Of a stretch of DNA of 64,000 nt, positions 26,420 to 34,795 are shown one piece after another (position 1 is the first letter of the stretch; every line of letters starts with the position of its first letter). The translations under genes and the position numbers were made by a program. Origin of the DNA: a virus (Duplodnaviria; Caudoviricetes); IMG/VR virus record IMGVR_UViG_3300037466_003849, positions 8,122-72,121 of that record. The stretch is one strand, 5' to 3'. The notes beneath the pieces were generated by a model. It ran no database searches. It was not told the DNA's origin and saw only the letters and a list, made by a program, of their open reading frames with translations.

Positions 26420-27225
26420 TTCGGCGCCCTCTCGATCGCTTCCTTGACCACGGCGTCAACCGCGGCCGGGGTCATGTACAGCCTGGCCACCTTCTCCAGA
26501 GCCTTCAGCTCCGAGGCTGCGTGCGCCAGGTCGGCGATGGACGAGCCGTTGTACCGGCCGGAGGTCGCCGCACCGGTGTCGAGGTCGGCACGCGCGATGC
26601 CGTATCGGGTCGCCGTCGTGCGCAGGAGCTGCGTGATCTGGTCGAGCACCTTGTCGCCCGCCGACGGAGGCGGCACAGGCGCCGCCTGGGAGATCGGCTT
26701 TCCCTCGATCTCGGCTTCTGCCTTCGCCAGGTCGGCCTGGGCGCTGGCGAGGGCGTACTCCTCCTCAGCGAGCCGCTTGCGGAGGCGGTCGATGTTCTTC
26801 GTCGACTCGTTCACCCGCTTCTGTGCCTCCGCGCGCCGCCACTCCAGTTCGACCGAGGGGTCGATGTTGGCGCTGACCTTCGAGATCCAGTCGACGACAT
26901 GGGCCGCCCAGTCGGCCTTCTTCGGCAGGGGGCTGGAGTCGCTCCAGCCGCGCAGCTGGAACTCGTTGTCCGAGAGAACCCACACAGTCTTGGCGTGCTC
27001 GCTGGCGTAGGCGTAGTTGAGCTTCCCTGACCGGGTGACCATGAACTCCAACCGCGCGTGCTGCTGCGGCAAAGAGATGTCGTTGTGGTAGGTCCCGCGT
27101 CCGTTCACGACGGGGTTGCCGGACCACAGCCCCTTGGCTGCGCCGAGGATCGCCATCGCGACCTCGGAATGCTGGTCGGACTTGGGGTTGCTGGCCCAGC
27201 GCAGCATCTCGTCCAGATTAGCCAT
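26416..27225 (-). CDS. Hypothetical protein with central coiled coil
   Basis: GAGGTG RBS; codon bias. Confidence 0.75.
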   Translation of the reverse strand: MANLDEMLRWASNPKSDQHSEVAMAILGAAKGLWSGNPVVNGRGTYHNDISLPQQHARLEFMVTRSGKLNYAYASEHAKTVWVLSDNEFQLRGWSDSSPLPKKADWAAHVVDWISKVSANIDPSVELEWRRAEAQKRVNESTKNIDRLRKRLAEEEYALASAQADLAKAEAEIEGKPISQAAPVPPPSAGDKVLDQITQLLRTTATRYGIARADLDTGAATSGRYNGSSIADLAHAASELKALEKVARLYMTPAAVDAVVKEAIERAPK

Positions 27226-27601
27226 AACGCACCTCGCCCAGGATCGCCAGCTGCACGACAGAGTCGATCACGCAGGCGTCGTACTCCTCGCCCCCGTCAC
27301 CGCTGACGAGAGATTGCTCGGCCGCCGCAATCGGACGACCGGTGACGCCGCAGTGCTGCCACTTTCCGGCCTTCTCCAGGTCCAGCAGCTTCCGCCAGCC
27401 GGTTGCGATGGAGTCGACGCCGATGGTGAACTCCGCGATGGGCTCCTCCTCGTCGCCGAGTTCGCGGACTATGAGCCGGGAGAACTCAGGATCACCGGGG
27501 ATGTCGCTCCACTCGGTGCGCGCCCAGTAGGCGACGGCCGAGGGCGACTCCTCGAGCATCCATCGGTAGAACTGCTCACGAACTTCGGTGCGCTTGCTCA
27601 T
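27218..27601 (-). CDS. Hypothetical protein
   Basis: GGAGA RBS with TGATG coupling; MSKRTEVREQFY... Confidence 0.7.
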   Translation of the reverse strand: MSKRTEVREQFYRWMLEESPSAVAYWARTEWSDIPGDPEFSRLIVRELGDEEEPIAEFTIGVDSIATGWRKLLDLEKAGKWQHCGVTGRPIAAAEQSLVSGDGGEEYDACVIDSVVQLAILGEVRYG

Positions 27602-27939
27602 CACTTCTCCTCCGGCCAGTTGGCGACGATCACGGAACGCAGTGCGCCCCAGGAGTACCGGCTGTCCAGACCCTGGCCGCCCGGCGCCGACACGAATGTC
27701 TGCTTGAACTTCTTCTTGCCTGGCGTCTTGTCGGCCCGGAGGTTGTTGCCCCACAGCAGCGCGGTGCGAATCTTCCACGTCCCACCGTCGATTCGGACGT
27801 ACTCCAGGTAGGCGTAGTCCGGCAGCCACTCGGCGCCCTTGTTGTCGGTGTGAAGGTCGTCGCTCGTTACGTCCGCCCGGATCGCCCGGACATCGGTGAC
27901 GGTCGTGGTGTCCTTGACGGAGCTGATCTCGAATTCCAT
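27601..27939 (-). CDS. Hypothetical protein (paralog of the C-terminal half of 25478..26029)
   Basis: WLPDYAYLEYVRIDGGTW...GNNLRAD. Confidence 0.7.
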   Translation of the reverse strand: MEFEISSVKDTTTVTDVRAIRADVTSDDLHTDNKGAEWLPDYAYLEYVRIDGGTWKIRTALLWGNNLRADKTPGKKKFKQTFVSAPGGQGLDSRYSWGALRSVIVANWPEEK

Positions 27940-27941
27940 GG

Positions 27942-28121
27942 TCAGTTCCCCTTCGTAGATGCCCGGCGCGCTGCCGCGGCGTGACGGCGCCAGTTGCCCA
28001 TGCACCGGTTGCTCCATTCGAGCTGCGAGGCCCATCCGCACGAGCAGACGGCCTGAAACTTGCGACCCTCGGCGGTCTCGACAACCGCGAGGTTGGAGGA
28101 GTGAGTCGTGGTCTCGCTCAT
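27942..28121 (-). CDS. Small zinc-finger-like protein
   Basis: CSCGW...WRRH. Confidence 0.6.
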   Translation of the reverse strand: MSETTTHSSNLAVVETAEGRKFQAVCSCGWASQLEWSNRCMGNWRRHAAAARRASTKGN

Positions 28122-28924
28122 CACTTCTCCTCGGTCGCCGCGAGCTCGCGATCGGCATCCCACTCGGCCTGTCGGCGCGTCTTCCAGATCTCCAGCGCCC
28201 GCGCCTGCGCCGCCTGCTTGGTCGGATGCTTGACGGCGTACTCGTCGTCGGTCACGCCGATGCCCTGGGACACCGTGAGCCCCCAGTACTGCTCGCTGCT
28301 GCCGGACTGCCTGCGCGAGATGGAGTAGGTCTCCTTGCGGCCGATGTAGTCGGCGCAGTGGGCGACGTAGTTGCCGTCGGACTTCTTGTAGAACCTCGGC
28401 GGCACCCATGCGTCGGCGACCTTGCTGATGTACAGGATCGAGCCGCTGGGGCTCGCCTCGACGGTGTAGCCCGCCTCCTTCAGCACCTTGGCGATCCGGG
28501 CGGCCTTCTTGGTGTTGACCTCCTCGATGTCGTCGGTGTCGACGCTCACCGAGATGCGGGTGGGGCCGGACTGGCTCACCCGCAGGCCGGGCCGGGCGCG
28601 GTCGTGGGAGGTCTTGTACCCCAGCCGCCGCATGGCCAGCGCCATCGTGTTCACCGCCAGCAGGCCGGGGCGCATCCACGGCTCGTGCTCGTCGGCCTTG
28701 CGCGGCCGTCCGGTCTGACGGTCGATCTTGGCGTAGGCCAGGATGTCGGCGCGCACGTAGATGTCGGTGCCCGAGGGGGAGGCGAGCTTCGGCGGGAAGT
28801 CTTCGGCCTTCTTCAGCACGTTCACCCGCTGACGCGAGCAGCCGAGGATCTCGGCGATATCGGCGACCCCGACGAGGTCGGCCGCGGGGGTGCCAGCGAG
28901 GGTGCTGGCGATCCACTCCGTCAT
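28121..28924 (-). CDS. AlpA/excisionase-like HTH fused to an unknown C-terminal domain
   Basis: VGVADIAEILGCSRQRVNVL...FPPK...YVRADILAY; first gene after the SigA promoter. Confidence 0.7.
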   Translation of the reverse strand: MTEWIASTLAGTPAADLVGVADIAEILGCSRQRVNVLKKAEDFPPKLASPSGTDIYVRADILAYAKIDRQTGRPRKADEHEPWMRPGLLAVNTMALAMRRLGYKTSHDRARPGLRVSQSGPTRISVSVDTDDIEEVNTKKAARIAKVLKEAGYTVEASPSGSILYISKVADAWVPPRFYKKSDGNYVAHCADYIGRKETYSISRRQSGSSEQYWGLTVSQGIGVTDDEYAVKHPTKQAAQARALEIWKTRRQAEWDADRELAATEEK

Positions 28925-29024
28925 GGATTGTCCTTTCGATGAACGGGGTAGAGTGTGGACCCGAGCCGGGGTGCATAGGTCGCATCCCGGCTCTTTCTGT
29001 GTCCGCGCTCCCTCCGTACGAACG

Positions 29025-29054
29025 ACTATACGGGAAAGAGTTGTCAGTCGTCAA
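29025..29054 (-). promoter_or_regulatory. Near-consensus SigA promoter for the leftward operon
   Basis: Minus strand: -35 TTGACG (29054-29049), 18-bp spacer, -10 TATAGT (29030-29025). Confidence 0.8.
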
Positions 29055-29457
29055 CCCTTTTTGGAGCAGGCTCGTTGAGGATCTGGGCGACGCGCTGACG
29101 ACTCAGGCCGACGAGCGCGGCAATGTCGTGAGCCTTGAGATTGTCCCGGCCGAGATCGTGGACGAACGCCTTCGTCGTGCTCTCGATTTCCTTCTCGAAT
29201 TCCCGCAGGCGCCCACGTGCCCGCAGCAATGCGCGTGAGCGAGATTCGATGCGCTTGGTGTGCCTGAAATCGCCCATGGTCATGACGACTTCGAATTCCG
29301 AGGGCCGCAGATCCTTCTCCAGCATGATGAAGCTCTGCGCCGCCTCGACGACGCCCTCCAGCTTGGTGGCGTGAGTCTTCACACCCTCTCCGACCTCGGG
29401 TAACTCGATAGTCCACGATGTCCCGTCGTACCCGGACACGACAGCTGTAAATCGCAT
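29044..29457 (-). CDS. HicB-like antitoxin domain plus HTH
   Basis: SWTIELPEVG...THATKLEGVVEAAQSFI HicB-like fold; DIAALVGLSRQRVAQIL HTH; AAAGGAGG RBS. Confidence 0.7.
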   Translation of the reverse strand: MRFTAVVSGYDGTSWTIELPEVGEGVKTHATKLEGVVEAAQSFIMLEKDLRPSEFEVVMTMGDFRHTKRIESRSRALLRARGRLREFEKEIESTTKAFVHDLGRDNLKAHDIAALVGLSRQRVAQILNEPAPKRVDD

Positions 29458-29482
29458 AGCGATCCTCCTTTCGACACGCTCA

Positions 29483-29542
29483 TGCTATCCGGTAGCACGC
29501 TGATCCGCTAGTCGGTAGCAGCAGTGATGCTATCCAGTAGCA
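29483..29542. promoter_or_regulatory. Three tandem palindromic operators (T/C)GCTA-N5-TAGCA
   Basis: Sites at 29483-29497, 29506-29520 and 29528-29542. Confidence 0.7.
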
Positions 29543-29619
29543 CCACATGATCGAGCCGGGGCGTATATCGCCAGATCAGCGCCTGTCCAGCCAGGCGTTA
29601 TACGGTGTATAAATAGTCC

Positions 29620-30477
29620 ATGTCTGATCGTGTCTGTGGAATGAAGCGCTGCTCCCGGTCGTCACCGAATTACATCTGCAACCTGTGCAACCGATACCTC
29701 CACAAGGACCTGCGAGCCGTCGCCTGGCTGGGCCGCGAGCTCCAGGTCACCCTCACCCGTACCGATCAGCTCGGCGATCCCTACGCCGACGGCGGCCACG
29801 CCACCGAGAAGCCGCTGATCTTCAACGACGCCGCCAGCGAGGCCGCGTGGGCGCTGCGCAATGATCTCCAGTACTGGACCGGCGAACTGGCCGAGTTCAT
29901 GGGCGTGACCTTCGTGCCGCTGGGCTCGACCCACCTGGCCAGCTTTGTCGGCCCGATCCGGCCGGGGGAGAGCCACGCCCCGCAGGACTACCGGCCCACC
30001 GCGCCGGACCTCGCGGCCTGGCTGGCCTACCACACCGCCACGATTCCGAAGATGGCCGCCGCCGCCGAGTGCGCCGACGCCATCGCCAACTCCGTCGCCC
30101 TCGTCGGCCGGACCATCGACAAGCGCGACGTGCCAGTGTTCTGCGGCCCGTGCCCGCACTGCGAGAAGGGCGGACTGTTCGGCCGCCGCGACGCCGACCG
30201 CCTGCACTGCCGCAGCTGTGGCGCGAAGGTCGACCGTGACGCCAACGAGGTGAGCGTGCACACCGAGCTGCGTCGCCGATTCTTCCCGGCGGGGGAGATG
30301 GCCATCGTCGTCACGAACATCACCGGCAAGGAGATGTCCTCCAAGCAAATTCACAACTACGCCGCCGCCCGGCGCGACCGAATCCGCAGTGTCGTCGATA
30401 CTCTCGGCCGCCGTCTGTATTCGGCCGCGGATGTTCTTGCCGCCATGGGGTATTCGAGCACCGTGGCGGCGGCGTAA
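29620..30477 (+). CDS. Zn-finger/HTH DNA-binding protein (possible late regulator)
   Basis: Multiple CxxC pairs (CNLC, CPHC, CRSC) and a C-terminal wHTH-like segment. Confidence 0.7.
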   Translation: MSDRVCGMKRCSRSSPNYICNLCNRYLHKDLRAVAWLGRELQVTLTRTDQLGDPYADGGHATEKPLIFNDAASEAAWALRNDLQYWTGELAEFMGVTFVPLGSTHLASFVGPIRPGESHAPQDYRPTAPDLAAWLAYHTATIPKMAAAAECADAIANSVALVGRTIDKRDVPVFCGPCPHCEKGGLFGRRDADRLHCRSCGAKVDRDANEVSVHTELRRRFFPAGEMAIVVTNITGKEMSSKQIHNYAAARRDRIRSVVDTLGRRLYSAADVLAAMGYSSTVAAA

Positions 30478-30571
30478 CAACTACCCTGTAGTTCTGCGAT
30501 CAGGTAGCGGGCCGGTTACCGCAATGCCTCCGCCGGAGACGGCAATTGAACAATCGAAAGGACTGCCCGAC

Positions 30572-31282
30572 ATGGGTAAAACGATTCCCGACGCCTACTC
30601 GCCAGCGACCAAGGAAACCGCGCTCCAACTTCTTCGCGAAGCGGTCGATTCGGGCAAAACCCTCAACGCGGCGGCGAACGAAGTGGCGGACGCATTCTCC
30701 GATGGCCCGGCCGCCCCGACATTGATGGGCTGGGCGCGCAAGGCTGGGATCAGTTCCACTGCGACGCAGGGAAGGAATTACAGCGACGAGCAGCGCCGCA
30801 AGGCCGTGGCCGAGATGCTGGAGCTGATCAAGCAGGGCAAGACGCCGCACATCGCCGCGACGACGGTCTCGAAGATGCCGGGGATGCCGAAGGTGACCGC
30901 CCTGCGCCGATGGCTCGACGCGTCCGCCGACGAGCTTGCCGCCGCGGCGAAGGAGAACGAGAAGCGCCGAGCCGAGGAGCTCGCCGCCTTCGAGGCTGAG
31001 CTGCGCGAGACCACCGCGCAGATCAAGGAGAAGCCGGTCGCACTGGAGCGCATCGAGCCTGTTCCCGCTACCGCCGCCGACGCTCTGGTCACGCAGATCA
31101 ACGAGCTGAAGGCAGAGAAGGCCGACCTCACCGATCGCCTCCAGGACGTCCAGGACGACTACGACAAGCTGATGGGCAAGTTCATCGAGCTCCAGGCCCG
31201 CCTGAGCGACGAGTCGCACCTGCGCGAGGAGGTGTCGAGGCTGCGCATCCTGGTGAACTTCTACACCTCCGAGGCGATCTGA
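30572..31282 (+). CDS. Protein with tandem IS3-OrfA-like HTH repeats and a coiled coil
   Basis: YSPATKETALQL...TLMGWAR and YSDEQRRKAVAE...ALRRWLD, then a heptad region. Confidence 0.65.
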   Translation: MGKTIPDAYSPATKETALQLLREAVDSGKTLNAAANEVADAFSDGPAAPTLMGWARKAGISSTATQGRNYSDEQRRKAVAEMLELIKQGKTPHIAATTVSKMPGMPKVTALRRWLDASADELAAAAKENEKRRAEELAAFEAELRETTAQIKEKPVALERIEPVPATAADALVTQINELKAEKADLTDRLQDVQDDYDKLMGKFIELQARLSDESHLREEVSRLRILVNFYTSEAI

Positions 31283-31632
31283 CCGTCCGCGACACGCCGA
31301 ATATCCTGCATGTGGTTGAAACGCGCAGACACGACGTGTTTAGGCTAATTCGCCTGACGTGTACTGGATAAGTCACAAAGTCAGGCCCACAACTGAATCG
31401 AAACGCCCCATTGCGTGCTCCGTCGCGGTGGGGCGTTTCCCATGGATAGCGGGCCGCCATCCTCGTTACCGCAGAAAACGAAGAATGCCGCGCCCGTAGC
31501 ACCGCGCCGGATGGAGTTACGTCCTTTCGCCATCCGGTTGCGTGTGCCGCTGTGTCGCCCCCTCCAGCGCAAACATGAGGGGGCTCAACTTCCGGCCGGA
31601 ATCATCGGCCGAACCCTGAGAAGGAATCACAG

Positions 31633-31698
31633 ATGAACGCCTGGATCGCCTATGGCCTGATCCAGTGGCTTCTGCATTTCGCGAGGCCACTGGGATGA
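31633..31698 (+). CDS. Possible 21-aa hydrophobic peptide
   Basis: GAAGGA RBS; MNAWIAYGLIQWLLHFARPLG; ATGA overlap with the next ORF. Confidence 0.4.
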   Translation: MNAWIAYGLIQWLLHFARPLG

Positions 31699-31910
31699 AC
31701 GCGATGAAAGGACAGACGCCCGAGCAATCGCGGCCGTGTGCGGCATTTCTGCGGAAGACCATCAAGCCCGCGCACCCGCAGTACAACGCCGTCTCTCAGG
31801 AGTGGTACGTCGACTGCGTCAGCGCGCACGGCCACTCCGGGATGCACAGCAGCGCCCGCGGTGACCGCTGGCTGACCACCGAGGGAGTAGTGATCGACCG
31901 TCGTGGCTGA
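31695..31910 (+). CDS. Small Cys/His protein
   Basis: C...C...H..H...W pattern. Confidence 0.55.
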   Translation: MNAMKGQTPEQSRPCAAFLRKTIKPAHPQYNAVSQEWYVDCVSAHGHSGMHSSARGDRWLTTEGVVIDRRG

Positions 31911-32112
31911 GAAGACGAAAGACCCCGCCATCGCCGCCCTGGCCAACACCTTGTCGAACATCCCGCACCCCGGCGGCCAGGAGCTGCGCCTGGTGATGTT
32001 CGACGGCGCCTCCGACTCGGTGAAGACCCAGGTCGCCGAGGGCATCGTCCACTTCCTGCGGAAGAACGGCCACATGCCCTACCCGCGGTCGACCAAGCGC
32101 CGGACGAAGTGA
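31903..32112 (+). CDS. Small hypothetical protein
   Basis: GAGGGAG RBS; gene packing. Confidence 0.65.
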   Translation: MAEKTKDPAIAALANTLSNIPHPGGQELRLVMFDGASDSVKTQVAEGIVHFLRKNGHMPYPRSTKRRTK

Positions 32113-32306
32113 TGGGTAAGGCGAAGAAGGCCAAGCAGGCCACCACCGCCGCCGAGGCGCCGCGCGTCATCGGCAACCCCACCGCTGCCCAGCGCGCCAG
32201 CGTGATCCAGGTGATCACCGGCCTGCTGGAGCGCGTCAACCTCGGCTCCGCGCTCACTCGCGGCGAGGACGGCAGCATCACGATCCGCATACCGAAAGGT
32301 CCGTAA
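32112..32306 (+). CDS. Small hypothetical protein
   Basis: TGATG coupling. Confidence 0.6.
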   Translation: MGKAKKAKQATTAAEAPRVIGNPTAAQRASVIQVITGLLERVNLGSALTRGEDGSITIRIPKGP

Positions 32307-32428
32307 TGGACACCGAAGACACCGACGACCGGCCGGTGACCATCGCCGATCGTCTCGGCCCCGAGGTGGTGGCGTCGCTGATGGCGAAGGCCACGGCGAG
32401 CGCCGACGCCGCCGACGCGCAGCGATAG
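32306..32428 (+). CDS. Small hypothetical protein
   Basis: TAATG coupling. Confidence 0.45.
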   Translation: MDTEDTDDRPVTIADRLGPEVVASLMAKATASADAADAQR

Positions 32429-32435
32429 GAGCACG

Positions 32436-32747
32436 ATGCCACGTCCGCCCCGCCGTCCCGAACATCCCGATCTCGATCTGCTGTCCCAGGCGGTGGCCGA
32501 GACCGACATCGCCAGCGCCCAGGGCGCCAGCCACGACGAGATCTTCAGCCGCGTCATCGCGCCGGAAGTCCTCGATTACGCCGCCGTCTCCCGCGCCAAC
32601 CTCGCCCGCCACCAGCTGAAGCTGTCCGCCTCCTCGGAGACCGGGATGGCCGCGACCTGGCAGGACGGATTCATGGCAGGCGCCCGATATCAGCAGCTGA
32701 AGGAATCGGCGGCCGGGGAAGAAATCCCCGCGGCCACGAATTCCTGA
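32436..32747 (+). CDS. Hypothetical protein
   Basis: AGGAG RBS. Confidence 0.65.
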   Translation: MPRPPRRPEHPDLDLLSQAVAETDIASAQGASHDEIFSRVIAPEVLDYAAVSRANLARHQLKLSASSETGMAATWQDGFMAGARYQQLKESAAGEEIPAATNS

Positions 32748-32804
32748 AATCCGACGAATTCCCGAAATCCCGGAACTCCTGCCCGCCAGGAATTCCGGGA
32801 TTTC
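32738..32804. repeat. Direct repeats plus a long hairpin
   Basis: GAATTCC(T/C)GAAATCC at 32738 and 32756; inverted arms 32764-32781 and 32787-32804 with one mismatch. Confidence 0.65.
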
Positions 32805-32869
32805 TTCGCGTCTGGGGATCTCCTCCGGCCGCACCGGCCCGACTGCGATCCGGCCGACGAAAGGACACC

Positions 32870-33205
32870 ATGGAGATCAACACCGACGACGGCAGCAAGG
32901 GGCTCTGGCTGATGACCGGCCCTTCCGGCGACGACACCCCGGCCAAGATCGGCCTGCTGTTCGATTGGTGCCGCTATGACAGTGACGCGCACGGCTGGGC
33001 CATCAGTGGCGGCACACCGCGCGGCGTCTTCGCCGTCGGCTGGATGCCGTGCCTCAGCGCGAGCTGCCCGCTACGTGGAATGCCGAAGCCGCTGCACCAT
33101 GCGATCGTCCTCGTCGGCAACCTCGTCGACAGCCTCCACGCCTGCGCCGACACCCTCGCCCTCGTGGCCCGCCGAGCCCGCGGCTTCTCGCGACTCTCGC
33201 GCTGA
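32870..33205 (+). CDS. Hypothetical protein
   Basis: AAAGGA RBS. Confidence 0.6.
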   Translation: MEINTDDGSKGLWLMTGPSGDDTPAKIGLLFDWCRYDSDAHGWAISGGTPRGVFAVGWMPCLSASCPLRGMPKPLHHAIVLVGNLVDSLHACADTLALVARRARGFSRLSR

Positions 33206-33576
33206 TGGCCACGCGGGTACGCCGTCCGTGCACGCAGTGCGGCCAGCCGGTCGTCTCCGGCGGCAAGTGCGCCCGGCACCTCGCGCTACACCACAAGCGC
33301 GTCGACCAGATCCGCGGTAACTCCTCGCAGCGCGGCTACGACAACGAGCACCGCACGCGCTTCCGTGCCGAGGTGCTGCGGCGGGACAACTACACCTGCC
33401 AGATCTGCTCCGGCTACGCCGACCGCGCCGACCATCACCCGCTCTCACGCAAGGAGCTGGTCGAGGCCAGGCTCGATCCCAACGATCCCGTCCACGGCCG
33501 GGCGCTGTGCGAGTACTGCCATAACCGGCACACCGCCAAGACGCAAGGCAAGGACAACTGGCGCAAGTCGCGATGA
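33205..33576 (+). CDS. HNH endonuclease (terminase-associated type)
   Basis: RRPC..C...C..H...SSQRGYD, VLRRDNYTCQIC, DHH, ALCEYCHNRHT. Confidence 0.9.
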   Translation: MATRVRRPCTQCGQPVVSGGKCARHLALHHKRVDQIRGNSSQRGYDNEHRTRFRAEVLRRDNYTCQICSGYADRADHHPLSRKELVEARLDPNDPVHGRALCEYCHNRHTAKTQGKDNWRKSR

Positions 33577-33723
33577 GAGCTCATCGGCGAGGGCCTCGGA
33601 GGGGAGGGGCTTCGCCGCGCCCGCGCGGCCGTTTCGGATCGGTTTCGCCGGGCGGTGGGAAAAAAATTTTTGGAGCACAATCCTCGCTGGTCGGCAGGAG
33701 AAACCGTCGCTGGGAAACCCGCA

Positions 33724-33772
33724 GTACCCCCCGTGGGTATCTGAGACCCGGCTGGATACCCACCGGGGGTAC
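33724..33772. repeat. 18-bp inverted repeat
   Basis: GTACCCCCCGTGGGTATC ... GATACCCACCGGGGGTAC, one mismatch, 13-bp spacer. Confidence 0.7.
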
Positions 33773-33942
33773 CAAGTGTTGACGATGTCAAGATCACGAT
33801 TAAATATCTCCGCGTGTCGTAGCATTCGGGCGTGTCGTGCGTCCCGCATCGCCTCGGCTCGTTGGCGCTGTTCACGGCGCGTTTCCGTGCCCGAACGCAC
33901 CGCAAGCCATGTCGGCGCCGTCGGCGCGCCCGTCGGCGCCTT

Positions 33943-34070
33943 GTCGGCCGGATCGCTGGCGCGCCGTACAGGTCGGCTGTAGCGGTTGCTGTCGGCGCCG
34001 TCGGCCGGATCGCTGGCAGGCTGGCGCCGATCACGTCGGCCGGTCGCAAAGGGTCGGCCGGATCGCTGGC
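33943..34070 (+). repeat. Three exact 18-bp direct repeats GTCGGCCGGATCGCTGGC
   Basis: Copies at 33943, 34000 and 34053. Confidence 0.85.
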
Positions 34071-34349
34071 GCCGTCGCTGGCAGGCTCGAGCCGATGAGT
34101 CGGCCGGACATGCCGTGCGCCGTCGGCGCCAAGTCGGCGCCGTGCGGGACGCTCACCCAATCGGCCCGGTCGGCGCCGTTGCTGGCGCCCGGTCGGCCGG
34201 TCGAGTCTTAGGCACCGAGTGTGGCGCCCGTACGTGGTTGCGCGGTCCTAGATTCCGCGCTGTGAGGCTCGATATCCGAGCATGGTGCTTGCGATCGGTT
34301 CTCCTTCTGTCACGTGACGTAATGCTGTGTCGGCAAGATCGCCAGAAAC

Positions 34350-34391
34350 ACAACAAGCCCTACCGACATAGGCGCCGATAGGGCTTGTTGT
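34350..34391 (-). terminator. Hairpin ending the leftward island
   Basis: ACAACAAGCCCTA...TAGGGCTTGTTGT, 13-bp perfect stem. Confidence 0.65.
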
Positions 34392-34407
34392 CTCGCTGTG
34401 CGCACCC

Positions 34408-34446
34408 ACGGCGCCGCGTGCGGATAGGTCCCGCGCGCGGCGCCGT
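34408..34446 (-). repeat. Hairpin repeat, variant copy (same apex, different lower stem)
   Basis: ACGGCGCCGCG-T-GCGGATAGGTCCCGC-G-CGCGGCGCCGT. Confidence 0.75.
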
Positions 34447-34459
34447 CGGCGGCTCGGCA

Positions 34460-34711
34460 TCAGTACGTGTTGTCGTGCGTGAGGCCGCCGAGCCATTCGG
34501 GCACCCGCTTGCCCTGCCACATGATCAGCAATCGGCTCGGTATGCCAACCGTGCGGCTGTCGACGTATCGAACAATGCGCTTGTTGGTGCTGGCCTTGCG
34601 TCGGCGCAATTCCTTGCAAGCGTCAATGAAGGAAAGCGTTTGCGTTCCGCTGCTCCATTGTTCGGTCACGGGTGAGTATTCCTGCGCGTAGAAAACGTCA
34701 ATTTCTCGCAT
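34460..34711 (-). CDS. Island gene, hypothetical
   Basis: GAGAGGT RBS directly after repeat copy 1. Confidence 0.7.
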   Translation of the reverse strand: MREIDVFYAQEYSPVTEQWSSGTQTLSFIDACKELRRRKASTNKRIVRYVDSRTVGIPSRLLIMWQGKRVPEWLGGLTHDNTY

Positions 34712-34730
34712 GTAATTACCTCTCTCGGTT

Positions 34731-34795
34731 CGGCCCAGTTGCCGTGACACACCGCGCGGATAGGTCCCGCACGGTGTCTCGGAGACGACTAGGAC
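34731..34795 (-). repeat. 65-nt hairpin repeat, copy 1
   Basis: CGGCCCAGTTGCCGTGACACACCGCGCGGATAGGTCCCGCACGGTGTCTCGGAGACGACTAGGAC. Confidence 0.95.
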
